Both the position numbers and the translations under genes were made by a program. Positions 7,747 to 17,383 of a stretch of DNA of 32,000 nucleotides are shown piece after piece (position 1 is the stretch's first letter; every line of letters starts with the position of its first letter). The stretch comes from Bellilinea caldifistulae (GTDB lineage Bacteria > Chloroflexota > Anaerolineae > Anaerolineales > Anaerolineaceae), in assembly GCF_001306055.1 (NCBI RefSeq), contig NZ_LGHJ01000005.1, positions 1 to 32,000 on the forward strand, given 5' to 3'. Under the pieces are notes generated by a model. That model saw only the letters and a program-made list of their open reading frames with translations. It had not been told where the DNA came from and did no database searches.

Positions 7747-8742
7747 ATGAGCGAATTATCTCACCGAAAAAGAATGGAAATTTGCCTTGCCGGAGAAATT
7801 GCCGACCGTCCGCCAGTTGCTTTGTGGCGGCACTTTCCTGTAGATGATCAATCCCCGGATGGTCTGGCAGCTGCAATTTCCAATTTCCAGCGCACCTTTG
7901 ACTTTGATTTTATCAAAGTCACGCCGGCATCCTCTTACTGCATTAAAGATTGGGGTGTAAGCGACGTTTGGCGAGGCAACCCGGAAGGCACGCGTGATTA
8001 CGATGAAACATTAATCAAAGACTTTTCTGATTGGGAAAAATTGAAAGTTCTCCATCCCCGTAAAGGCCACCTGGGCCAGATGCTGGAGTGTCTTGAACTG
8101 ATTGTGAAAGAATTTTCAATGACTACTCCTGTGATTCACACGATTTTCAGTCCTCTTTCTCAGGCTAAAAACTTGGTGGGTAAAGAAAATTTGTTGGTTC
8201 ACATGCGTGCCTGCCCGGATGCATTCAAGACCGGTCTAGAAATAATTACTCAATCAACCCTCAATTTTATAGAAGAACTTAAAAAAACCGGCATTGATGG
8301 CATCTTTTACGCGGTTCAACACGCTCAATTCAGCCACCTATCTATCTCGGAATTTCAAACCTTTGGGCGGTTTTATGATCTTCAGATACTTGAAGCTGCC
8401 AAATCCTTCTGGTTGAATGTGGGACATATTCACGGCGATCACATCATGTTCGATCAGGTCTGTGATTATCCCGTTCAGGTATTGAACTGGCATGATCAAC
8501 AAACCTCTCCCACATTGAGCGAAGCTCAAGAACAATTCAAGGGTGTTGTTTGTGGTGGTTTAAGGCAGTGGGAAACGATGGTAATGGGAACACCTCAAGC
8601 AGTTTATCAGGAAGCGCAAAAAGCTATTGACCAAACCGTAGGGAGCCGTTTCATCCTGGGTACAGGTTGCGTGATTCCCATTACAGCTCCTTATGGTAAC
8701 ATTCTTGCTGCCCGTCACGCAGTAGAATCGCAAAAAGAATGA
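7747..8742 (+). CDS. uroporphyrinogen decarboxylase (UROD/MtaA) family protein, probably not bona fide HemE
   Basis: RPPVALWRHF replaces the HemE motif RPPVWxMRQAGR. Length is UROD-like, about 330 aa. HIHGDH and GTGCVIP segments are present. It starts 1 nt after the ChlI-like stop. Confidence 0.6.
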   Translation: MSELSHRKRMEICLAGEIADRPPVALWRHFPVDDQSPDGLAAAISNFQRTFDFDFIKVTPASSYCIKDWGVSDVWRGNPEGTRDYDETLIKDFSDWEKLKVLHPRKGHLGQMLECLELIVKEFSMTTPVIHTIFSPLSQAKNLVGKENLLVHMRACPDAFKTGLEIITQSTLNFIEELKKTGIDGIFYAVQHAQFSHLSISEFQTFGRFYDLQILEAAKSFWLNVGHIHGDHIMFDQVCDYPVQVLNWHDQQTSPTLSEAQEQFKGVVCGGLRQWETMVMGTPQAVYQEAQKAIDQTVGSRFILGTGCVIPITAPYGNILAARHAVESQKE

Positions 8743-9302
8743 GCAACCCACGAATCATTTCCGGCAAAGCCAAAGGAATACGATTACAAGGTGTACCCGG
8801 CAATATCACTCGCCCAATAACAGACCGGGTTAAAGAGGCTTTGTTTAATATTATTGGGTCGGACATTGAAAACGCATCTCTACTGGATTTGTTTGCGGGC
8901 ACTGGTAGTGTTGGAATTGAGGCTCTGAGCAGGGGAGCATCTTTTGTCCACTTCAACGACATTCATCGGCTGGCAATCGCAGCTATCCGCGCAAATCTTG
9001 AACGTGCCCGTTTGAAGGATAACGCAAAAATTACCCAACAGGACGCTTTTCTCCTTCTATCCACTCCCCCTCATCAATCTTTTGACTACATTTTTATTGC
9101 CCCGCCTCAGTATAAAAATCTTTGGAAAGAAATCTTGACTAAGCTCGACCAAAATATAAACTGGCTGGCTGATGATGGTTGGGCAATCGTTCAAATAGAC
9201 CCCCTCGAATACGAAAAGCTGACCCTTGATCATCTGATCGAGGTTGAACAGCGGCGTTATGGCAGTACATTACTTGTGTTTTTCGAGAAAAATCAAAAAT
9301 AA
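8739..9302 (+). CDS. rsmD: RsmD-family 16S rRNA (guanine-N2) methyltransferase
   Basis: RIISGKAKGIRL, TRPITDRVKEALFNII, SAM motif DLFAGTGSVGIEALSRGA. Motif IV reads APPQY instead of DPP[FY]. ATGA overlap with the upstream gene. Confidence 0.75.
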   Translation: MSNPRIISGKAKGIRLQGVPGNITRPITDRVKEALFNIIGSDIENASLLDLFAGTGSVGIEALSRGASFVHFNDIHRLAIAAIRANLERARLKDNAKITQQDAFLLLSTPPHQSFDYIFIAPPQYKNLWKEILTKLDQNINWLADDGWAIVQIDPLEYEKLTLDHLIEVEQRRYGSTLLVFFEKNQK

Positions 9303-9305
9303 TTG

Positions 9306-9809
9306 TTAGTTCGAAAAGTCAATTCTAAGGTGATCGTTTTCATCGTACCAGTATCGGGCATAAAAAAGCTCACCATTTCTTTTTGCACTGAGCACCTTTG
9401 GCAACAAAACTGGTAAATCCTCTACAAGGGGATATTCTCGCAATTTCTCTAGAGCAATCCATTCCAACGACCCCTCCGCTGAATTTTCTACAGGTTGTTG
9501 ATCAGTTTCTCCGCGAAAAACAAACAAACCGATTCCAGTTTCTTCTCCGGCATCAATCATCACAATTCCACATAACCAGAGGTGGTCAATTTCCAACCCC
9601 GTTTCTTCTTTCAGCTCACGCCGGGCTGCTGAAAGTACATCTTCACCCCGTTCGATATGTCCCCCAATTCCATTATACAAATTCGCCCATATTCTCTTCT
9701 GGGGGTGCCCCTTAATCAGCAACAATCGGTTTCCCTGCGTGATAAATATCAAAGTACGCGGGATAATTTGAAACCGATTGTTGCTGACACCCTGATCTTT
9801 TTTGGGCAT
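9306..9809 (-). CDS. NUDIX hydrolase
   Basis: Nudix box GGHIERGEDVLSAARRELKEETGL (GX5EX7REUXEEXGU). Confidence 0.85.
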   Translation of the reverse strand: MPKKDQGVSNNRFQIIPRTLIFITQGNRLLLIKGHPQKRIWANLYNGIGGHIERGEDVLSAARRELKEETGLEIDHLWLCGIVMIDAGEETGIGLFVFRGETDQQPVENSAEGSLEWIALEKLREYPLVEDLPVLLPKVLSAKRNGELFYARYWYDENDHLRIDFSN

Positions 9810-9816
9810 AAAAGAC

Positions 9817-10986
9817 TCAGCTCAAAAACATGGGCACACCCATGAAATCACGAATCTTGGGTTTGTAATTTTCAATGTCGTAATAAGCCGGTACATCCAC
9901 TCGTTTTCGACCCGCCAGAACCATCTCAATCGGCACGGTGGTGTATTTTCCACCATGTAAAGCGACCATTTTACCGGTCTCATTTCGACGGATTAGCTGA
10001 ACCGCCATTGTGCCAAATGACATCGCCACCATTCGATCTAACGAATCGGGAGCGCCAGATCGCATCAAGTACGCCAGCTGTTGATACATGGTATGTTGAC
10101 CGGTCAAGCGCTTGATTTCCTCGCAAACAATCTGACCAATTCCACCCAATTTCCGGTGGCCAAAGGGATCCGCTTCTCCACTTTCCACCACTTCACCACC
10201 TTCCATCACAGCGCCTTCGGATATGGTCATAATTGCATAGTTTGAGGGATTGCGGCGTTTATCTGCCATCAAAAAGTCAGCCAGTTTCTGCATATTGAAC
10301 GGTACTTCGGAAATGATAGCCCGATCAACATAAGCCAGGTAAGCCGTGATCAGACTGGTTTCTCCAGAATTTCTTCCAAATAATTCAACCACCCCAATCC
10401 GTTCATGAGAACCAACGGAAGTGCGCATATTGGTGATAAACTCAACACTTCGGGTGACTGCCGTGGAAAAACCGATACAATAATCCGTACCAAAGATGTC
10501 ATTGTCCATAGTTTTCGGACAGGCTACAATCGGGAATCCCTCTTTATGCAGTCTAACGGCGAAGGATAGTGTATCGTCCCCACCGATAGGTACCAATACA
10601 TCAATACCTAAATTGGCTAAAACCTCAAGAACATAATCGGTGTAATCAATCTTTTCCTCACCGGCTACTTTCTTCCCATAATTGGAATTTTTTAGAAAAT
10701 CTGGAGCATCTTTCAGTGATACCCGTTGAGGATTGGTTCGTGATGTATGTAGAACGGTTCCCCCTGTGCGGTCAATCGTACGAACATCTTCTTCGTGCAA
10801 TTCACGAACATAGTAATCACGCGTAGATGGCTCATTCTGATTGTAATGCAATAAACCTGCCCAACCCCGACGTATACCGATGACCCGATACCCCTGCTCT
10901 AAAGCATTCATCACAACTGCCTTGATGCAGGGGTTCAATCCCGGTACATCTCCACCCCCGGTTAAAATACCGATTGTTTTTGTCAT
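9817..10986 (-). CDS. 6-phosphofructokinase, PPi-dependent type predicted
   Basis: [38 protein letters not shown] lies 5 nt before ATG 10986. The track start at 10998 is a GTG inside that Shine-Dalgarno sequence. Confidence 0.8.
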   Translation of the reverse strand: MTKTIGILTGGGDVPGLNPCIKAVVMNALEQGYRVIGIRRGWAGLLHYNQNEPSTRDYYVRELHEEDVRTIDRTGGTVLHTSRTNPQRVSLKDAPDFLKNSNYGKKVAGEEKIDYTDYVLEVLANLGIDVLVPIGGDDTLSFAVRLHKEGFPIVACPKTMDNDIFGTDYCIGFSTAVTRSVEFITNMRTSVGSHERIGVVELFGRNSGETSLITAYLAYVDRAIISEVPFNMQKLADFLMADKRRNPSNYAIMTISEGAVMEGGEVVESGEADPFGHRKLGGIGQIVCEEIKRLTGQHTMYQQLAYLMRSGAPDSLDRMVAMSFGTMAVQLIRRNETGKMVALHGGKYTTVPIEMVLAGRKRVDVPAYYDIENYKPKIRDFMGVPMFLS

Positions 10987-11020
10987 ATTTACCTCCACCT
11001 TGAATAAAAGTTATGATGTC

Positions 11021-12076
11021 TCAGGTTGTTTCTTCATGTGAATAAGGAATTTGAAATGACACTACAGTTCCACTGCCACCGATGCGAGAATCGATGTTGA
11101 AGTAGCCACCCAGCATCTCAACCCGTTCTTTGATTAATTTCAAGCCCAAACCCTTGCCGGCCATTGCCTTGGAAGGATCAAAGCCCTTTCCATCATCTTT
11201 TACCTGCACTTTAATCAATTGAGAATCCATGATGATCGAAACCTCTATCTTTAATTTTTGGGAGAGGTCGTTATTGTGCCGGGCGGCATTCCCGATGATT
11301 TCCTGAAGTGAACGGAATATCAAGACCTCAATATAGGGTTCCAGTCGCCTTTCGGCGCCCATTATATCGAGCTTAATATCAACGCCACTTTCATTTTGGA
11401 AGTTTTCCACATATCGCTTGAGAGTGGGAAACAACCCCAAATCATCCAGCATCATCGGTCTCAGATCCGTGATGAACAAACGGACTTTTTGGAAGGTGTT
11501 CAAGGCGGCGGCCTTTAGATTCTCCAATTCCTGTTTTGCGCGAGTAGGGTCAACATCAAACAAACGACTGACAATTTCCATTTGAACCACAAAGTTCGAT
11601 AATGCCTGAGCCGGGCCATCGTGCATTTGTCTGGAGAGGCGCTGGCGTTCCGCCTCTTGAGCATCAATCAATTTCTGCAACAATACGGTTCCGCGTTCTT
11701 CCCCCGCTCCACCCATCTCCTCTTCTAAAAATCGGTTGGTTTTTTCAATTAAGTCCAATAATTCTTCAAGATATTGTTTTTTGGTTTGTAATTTTTCTAA
11801 TTGACTCCTTTTTTGAACCATTTGATTGAGGGATTCAATGGTTTCCTCATAAGTTCTGACAATATCCTGCCTTGGCAAACTGTCAATTTGAGCTTTAACA
11901 AAGTTCAATTGGGTAATTTTTTGCTTGTTAAGTTCGTTCAGCTTGGCGATTTGTGAATTTTGTAAATTGATCAAAGTATCATTGTCATCCAGATCTTTTG
12001 TGAATTGAGCCTTTTTTTCCCTTAAAAAGGTAAGATATTCTTCCCGTGTATCCTCATTCTTCAGATGATTGCTCAT
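11021..12076 (-). CDS. cytoplasmic DegS-like sensor histidine kinase (coiled coil + HisKA_3 + HATPase_c)
   Basis: No TM segment and a long heptad-like N-terminus. H-box ERQRLSRQMHDGPAQALSN. N-box GNAARHN. DDGKGF and GLGLKLIKERVEMLGG. Confidence 0.8.
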   Translation of the reverse strand: MSNHLKNEDTREEYLTFLREKKAQFTKDLDDNDTLINLQNSQIAKLNELNKQKITQLNFVKAQIDSLPRQDIVRTYEETIESLNQMVQKRSQLEKLQTKKQYLEELLDLIEKTNRFLEEEMGGAGEERGTVLLQKLIDAQEAERQRLSRQMHDGPAQALSNFVVQMEIVSRLFDVDPTRAKQELENLKAAALNTFQKVRLFITDLRPMMLDDLGLFPTLKRYVENFQNESGVDIKLDIMGAERRLEPYIEVLIFRSLQEIIGNAARHNNDLSQKLKIEVSIIMDSQLIKVQVKDDGKGFDPSKAMAGKGLGLKLIKERVEMLGGYFNIDSRIGGSGTVVSFQIPYSHEETT

Positions 12077-12142
12077 GGAGGCCCTCTCTTTTGTACAACT
12101 TGAAAATCATGCCAAGTATAGCACAACCTGTTGTTGCTGTTC

Positions 12143-13795
12143 TTATTTTTTAAACCAGGAAATCTCCCCCCACCCCCATTCCGCCTCCGGAAGCAACAAG
12201 AAGAAGTGAACTCCCTCGTGAGTCTCCAGCAAACGCACCCCACTCATATCGTGAGGGTTTGCGTACAGATTGGACAGGTTTTCCTGATTTTCTTCCAGAA
12301 GCAAGTAGGTCGCTCCGTATCTTTTCGCGGCTGCAAGGGCGTGACGGATATCCCCATCAGGGATGACAATACTGGGTCTTCTGGTAGCCCAATAAAAACC
12401 CGGCGGATTATTGACCATTGCAATAAATTGTTTGGAAATGTGGAGGTCATCAAGCCTTTCCCCAACTCTCTGATACCGCTCGATACTTTCATTCCACACA
12501 AGATGATTGGGGACTCTATATACGCGCTGGTAAAAAAACCATCCTGCAATGAATAGATTGATCAAGATTAAAAAGGTGCCAAACAACGTCATTGAAGTAG
12601 ACATACCCCAACCGCGCGCCTTTTTCATCCAGATAATAAGCTGCTCCAGGCCAGCAACCGACATGCTCCAAAAGAATATCTGAATAGCTGCTCCCGAATG
12701 CAAAAACCCCCCACGTGAACCAGCAAACGGAAACACAATAGTCATCATTCCCAATATCAACAACCACATCATGGTTTCAAATTTTACTGCCGAATGATGT
12801 CTTTTGCTCCAGCACCCCACCAGGATAAGTGGTACCAGGATGATTGAACCCTGAACAACAAGAAAGTTCTGCAAATTCAAGCTGAGTGCATCCAGCCTTG
12901 CGTGGATAATGGCCGGCAATCCGGCTTTAAGCCAGTTTGTAAAGGTCAGGTGATCATTCGGATAAGCAAAAAGCTGGTTGTAGCTTGTCAGCCAAAGACT
13001 TTTTCCGTTGCCGGGTGGAAACATACTCCCAAAAACAACCCAATTTCGATAGTACCAACCCCCTGTCAGAATCAAATAACCGAGTAAAAGAGCCAACAAC
13101 CCGTTTATGGCTACGCGCATTTTTTGGCGGGATTGCCATGGCCGGATTCTCCAAATGACAACCCCAAAAGCGGAAATCAACCAAATCAAACCATCCGCCC
13201 TGGTCAAATGCATCCAACCGGCTATAAAACCCAGCAGTAAAAATCTTTGAAAACTCTCTAATCCTCCAATCCACTGATTGTTTGCAAAAAATGCAATAAT
13301 GACAAATAACCCTCCCCCTATCATATAAGGTATAAAGGTTTCAGGAATGGTCAGATAAAGGGCATAAACCCCCGGAAAAACTGCAAGGCCGCCGGCTATC
13401 CAGGCATAGGCGGGATTTGTTATCACTTTCCTGGTAAGATAAACGGTTAGTACCGGCAAAAATCCAGCCATCAAGAGAAACGGTAATTTTGCCCACACAA
13501 AATCTGGAGAACGACCAAGCCACATGCCCATAAACGCAAGCAGCGACGGTAGAGGCATCCAGTAAACAAATGCCGGAGCAGGCAATCCTTTTGGATTAGC
13601 GAGGTAATTCCAAATATATGGTTCTACAAAGCCATTTCCTTCAAAGAGTTGCAGACCTCCCACCGTGTAATATGCTGAATCCATATATCCCGGTCCCTTT
13701 TGAAATTGTGTTCCAATCAGGGCAAAGATTATTCCACTCAGGTACCAAAACCAATTTGATTGGGGGATTTTTCTTGCCATCTCCCATCCTTTCAT
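12143..13795 (-). CDS. polytopic membrane protein, GT-C fold (ArnT/PMT-like) glycosyltransferase candidate with a C-terminal soluble domain
   Basis: At least 11 hydrophobic helices. Acidic first-loop motif GYMDSAYYTVGG. C-terminal non-membrane domain of about 125 aa. ATGA overlap with the upstream gene. Confidence 0.55.
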   Translation of the reverse strand: MKGWEMARKIPQSNWFWYLSGIIFALIGTQFQKGPGYMDSAYYTVGGLQLFEGNGFVEPYIWNYLANPKGLPAPAFVYWMPLPSLLAFMGMWLGRSPDFVWAKLPFLLMAGFLPVLTVYLTRKVITNPAYAWIAGGLAVFPGVYALYLTIPETFIPYMIGGGLFVIIAFFANNQWIGGLESFQRFLLLGFIAGWMHLTRADGLIWLISAFGVVIWRIRPWQSRQKMRVAINGLLALLLGYLILTGGWYYRNWVVFGSMFPPGNGKSLWLTSYNQLFAYPNDHLTFTNWLKAGLPAIIHARLDALSLNLQNFLVVQGSIILVPLILVGCWSKRHHSAVKFETMMWLLILGMMTIVFPFAGSRGGFLHSGAAIQIFFWSMSVAGLEQLIIWMKKARGWGMSTSMTLFGTFLILINLFIAGWFFYQRVYRVPNHLVWNESIERYQRVGERLDDLHISKQFIAMVNNPPGFYWATRRPSIVIPDGDIRHALAAAKRYGATYLLLEENQENLSNLYANPHDMSGVRLLETHEGVHFFLLLPEAEWGWGEISWFKK

Positions 13796-15267
13796 GGCCG
13801 ATTCCCGAATTCGTAAATATCTAAATCACCGATTTGTGTGTGACTTAATTGTATGTATTGGCTGGAAAGAGCCTCAAGAACCGGATGCTTAAAGCCCCTC
13901 TCTGAAAATTCCTGAACGGCTTTCCTGAAAACGACAAAGAAGAATCGTTCTTTTTCCCGAATTATTCGGGAGTAATCTTCTATCGGGTAAATCCCCATCG
14001 CTTGTTGGGAAACCAGCGCCAGTGTATCGTTGGGAGAGCCGGGTTCATCTGCGAGAAAAGCCGCATCGTGATTTTCATCATAAAAGCGCATCGGGAAGTA
14101 GCTGAGTTTATTGTCATGCAAAATGAACACATCCCGGTTTTGGGGTAAATTGAGATATTCCACAGCCTGACGGAAAGGCGAGCGAGGAAATTCAGCATAG
14201 GTATAAAAAGAAGGTAAAGATATTGCAGCTGTCACAAGAAAACCCCCTAAAAGAAATGCTCCTATTCCTCGTTTCCATCTCAAGACAATGATCCTTGCCG
14301 CTACAATGGAATACATAACACTGGAGAGAATGAAAACCCTTGTAACAAAAACCGGCTGCATGAAGTAGGAAATCACAAATAACAGAATGGGTAATCCGAA
14401 CAGAATCAGGTTTAACAGCATTATGGCTGACCTGTCACTCCGATCTTTCCACAATTCCCAGAGTACAACAAAAAACAGCTGTGCGCTGAAAACGGCTGCT
14501 ATTGGCAACAATGCACCTTTCAAGGGTAGATTGGCATGAAATAATATAACAGCCTGAAAAATCTCCACAATCCCAGGCCTGGGGGTCCAGAAAGCTCTCT
14601 GAACTTTGGCAATTTGACCAGGCAACAAGAAAGCCCATGGTAAATAAAACAATCCAATAACCAGCTGAGCTTTAATTATTTGTATCTGGTCCTCCCATCT
14701 TTTTTTCCAAAGAAGATAGACGTTTCCCCAAATTAAACCGAACCCCGCTAAGGCATGGCTATACATCGCCACGACACCGCTCAAGACTAACCCAACCCAA
14801 AAACCCGCCTTATCCTGTTTTTCTTCAAATATTCGGTAAAAAAACCAGTAATAACCTAGCTGCCCCGCCAGCATTAAAGCGTACATCCGTAAATCCTGGC
14901 TGTGATAAATTTGCAGCGGCGATATCGCCAGCAATATACCGGCGGTGATACCAGTGCGCCACCCAAACATCCGCCGGGCAAGGTCAACCGCGATAAACCA
15001 GCCGATTATGGACAAGCCAACACTGAACAACCTCAAGAAAACCAGATTATCATTCAATCCCTGCCAAAAATGAAGCAAAAAATAATACAAAGGCGGCATC
15101 GTGTCTGCTGCCGTTCCTTTGATAATATTCCCCAAATCCTGACGGGCAAGGAAAATACTGAAGGCATCATCATACTGGATTTCACGGCTTCTGATCCCCG
15201 TCAGCCGTAATCCAACGGCTAGCAGTAGAGCAAGTGTCAAGTAAGACCGCTCACTTCCTTTCGACAT
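13792..15267 (-). CDS. GT-C fold glycosyltransferase, GT39/GT83 (PMT_2/ArnT)-like
   Basis: REIQYDDAFSIFLA acidic loop after TM1, a multi-TM core and a C-terminal soluble domain of about 135 aa. Confidence 0.65.
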   Translation of the reverse strand: MSKGSERSYLTLALLLAVGLRLTGIRSREIQYDDAFSIFLARQDLGNIIKGTAADTMPPLYYFLLHFWQGLNDNLVFLRLFSVGLSIIGWFIAVDLARRMFGWRTGITAGILLAISPLQIYHSQDLRMYALMLAGQLGYYWFFYRIFEEKQDKAGFWVGLVLSGVVAMYSHALAGFGLIWGNVYLLWKKRWEDQIQIIKAQLVIGLFYLPWAFLLPGQIAKVQRAFWTPRPGIVEIFQAVILFHANLPLKGALLPIAAVFSAQLFFVVLWELWKDRSDRSAIMLLNLILFGLPILLFVISYFMQPVFVTRVFILSSVMYSIVAARIIVLRWKRGIGAFLLGGFLVTAAISLPSFYTYAEFPRSPFRQAVEYLNLPQNRDVFILHDNKLSYFPMRFYDENHDAAFLADEPGSPNDTLALVSQQAMGIYPIEDYSRIIREKERFFFVVFRKAVQEFSERGFKHPVLEALSSQYIQLSHTQIGDLDIYEFGNRP

Positions 15268-15269
15268 AT

Positions 15270-16520
15270 CTACGAAGATGCCCTGGATTCGAGCGTTTCA
15301 AACCACAATCGCGGTGGTCTAACAGCCCACCAGCGATTCCAATACAGGACGAGGATCAAAAACAGGGGTAATGGCAGGAACATCACCGGGCTTTGAATGG
15401 GTTGGTAATCCATCTCTACTGTGGTTAGAAAAATCTCCCAGATTCCGACAAAAAGTAAAAACATGGTAGCCACGGAAAGAACTACTCCCCGATTCCGCCA
15501 ACGCTCAACCCAAACAGCGAAAGTTAAAACAACCCCCGGATAAGCCACGATGAAATTACCAGGATCGGTTTGCAACCCGACCCAAAAGCTGACAGTTATA
15601 GTGAGACACGCGGTCCACAAAAAAGCTCGAAATTCACTCTTTCGATTGATGAACCATTCCACCATCAAAATCAACACCACCATCCCGGAAACCACTCGGC
15701 CAAGGCGCTCACCTCCCTGTGGGATAATTGCCCCTAATGCAGCCGGCAAAGTACCCGGAGGATTATAAGATGGATAGCGTAGAACTTCCCGTAAGTTTTG
15801 GATGATCCAATCCGGGATCAAAATTAACGCCAAACCAATTAGGAAGCCCATACCAATCAAAAACCAGATGATAATTTTCCAGCGGCGATGGCTGGCCGCC
15901 CAAAATAACACAAACACAATCAACAACAAAACAACCTGCGGTTTGATGGTGATTAAAGCCATGAGAATCCCGGCCAGCTCATCATTACCGGCGCGGACGG
16001 CAAGTAATATCCCCACTATGGCGAGGGCGATTAAAATGACCACATTCCCCAGAATCACTGGTCTTAAGGCATGATACCAGAAGACCGAAAACAATAAAAA
16101 CAAGGCCAGAATGAGCGGTTTTGGCCGCCATCGTACCAACCCTAAAGACAAAAACGCCATAAGGATCAAACCGGATTCCAAAACCGCCATCCAAACCGCA
16201 CGGGCAAGGTTGTAATCTGCTATCAGCGCAAACGGCAAAAAGACGAGAATCGAATAGAGAGGATAAGCAACCCGCAATTCATGTTCACCCGCCCTGGCTG
16301 GCCGGCCATACACCATATTTTGAATGCGAAGTGCCACCTCATCAGAATACGGGCTCAACCCATCTTCAAAAAAGGATTTCGTTCCCATCCAGTGAACTAA
16401 AAAATCATTGCCCCCTGGATTTTGAGCCGTATAACGATAATTCCCCCACACCAACAGACCAAACAAACCACTTCCGAGCACAAAAAGCACTATAATTGCC
16501 AATGAGGAATTTCGTGACAT
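15270..16520 (-). CDS. polytopic membrane protein, GT87/DUF2029-like glycosyltransferase candidate
   Basis: NPGGNDFLVHWMGTKSFFEDGLSPY after TM1. About 12 TM helices and no soluble domain. It stops 2 nt before the next gene's start. Confidence 0.5.
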   Translation of the reverse strand: MSRNSSLAIIVLFVLGSGLFGLLVWGNYRYTAQNPGGNDFLVHWMGTKSFFEDGLSPYSDEVALRIQNMVYGRPARAGEHELRVAYPLYSILVFLPFALIADYNLARAVWMAVLESGLILMAFLSLGLVRWRPKPLILALFLLFSVFWYHALRPVILGNVVILIALAIVGILLAVRAGNDELAGILMALITIKPQVVLLLIVFVLFWAASHRRWKIIIWFLIGMGFLIGLALILIPDWIIQNLREVLRYPSYNPPGTLPAALGAIIPQGGERLGRVVSGMVVLILMVEWFINRKSEFRAFLWTACLTITVSFWVGLQTDPGNFIVAYPGVVLTFAVWVERWRNRGVVLSVATMFLLFVGIWEIFLTTVEMDYQPIQSPVMFLPLPLFLILVLYWNRWWAVRPPRLWFETLESRASS

Positions 16521-16579
16521 CGAGAACGCTTCTCCTTAAAGTACCGACCAACCCCTAATCAATTATAATTCAGCCCAGT

Positions 16580-17383
16580 ATGAAGACAAAAATTTCACTT
16601 GCCCAATTTGAAGTTCAAATTGGAAAGCCTGAGCAAAATTTTAAAACAGCACTGCCCTATATTGAACAGGCTGCCCGCTCAGGCTCTTCAATCATTTTAC
16701 TGCCCGAATTATGGAGCAGTGGTTACGATTTACAAAACGGTTCAACATATACCCAAATTAATCAGGAAATTATTGGCGAGTTAAAGTCACTTTCCGAACA
16801 ATATCATCTTTCTATTGGGGGGTCTTATATCACTTGCGACGAAGTGGGCTGCCGCAACACTTTCTTGATCACCTTGCCGGATAAAAGTGTCACTCCTCCT
16901 TATCACAAAGTCCATTTATTCCGTCTACTAGATGAAGATCAGTTTTTTCAGCCGGGTGACCAATATCTCTCCGTTGATTTTAACTGGGCTAAAGCCGGTT
17001 TGGCCATCTGTTATGATCTTCGTTTTCCGGAATTGTTCCGTTTTTATTCAAGGCAAGGTGCATCTTGTGTTTTGATCGTTGCCCAATGGGGTGCCAAACG
17101 TGCCGAACACTGGCGCACATTTCTCAAAGCCAGAGCCATCGAAAATCAATTGTTTGTGGCGGGTGTCAATGCAATTGGAATGATTGGAAATACCCCACTG
17201 GCCGGGTACAGTGCAGTCGTATCTCCGTGGGGAGATGTACTGGCAGAAGGGTCTTCCAATCAAGAAGAATTAATCACCGTAGAAATGAACTTTGATTTAA
17301 TTGATGAGGTAAAACAACACTTGAATTCAGGACAGGATCGCCGTGATGATTTGTATAAGGAATGGTATAACCGGTTTCCTTAA
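16580..17383 (+). CDS. carbon-nitrogen hydrolase (nitrilase superfamily, omega-amidase/Nit-like)
   Basis: E-K-C triad contexts: ILLPELWSSGY, YHKVHLF, GLAICYDLRFPE. Confidence 0.85.
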   Translation: MKTKISLAQFEVQIGKPEQNFKTALPYIEQAARSGSSIILLPELWSSGYDLQNGSTYTQINQEIIGELKSLSEQYHLSIGGSYITCDEVGCRNTFLITLPDKSVTPPYHKVHLFRLLDEDQFFQPGDQYLSVDFNWAKAGLAICYDLRFPELFRFYSRQGASCVLIVAQWGAKRAEHWRTFLKARAIENQLFVAGVNAIGMIGNTPLAGYSAVVSPWGDVLAEGSSNQEELITVEMNFDLIDEVKQHLNSGQDRRDDLYKEWYNRFP

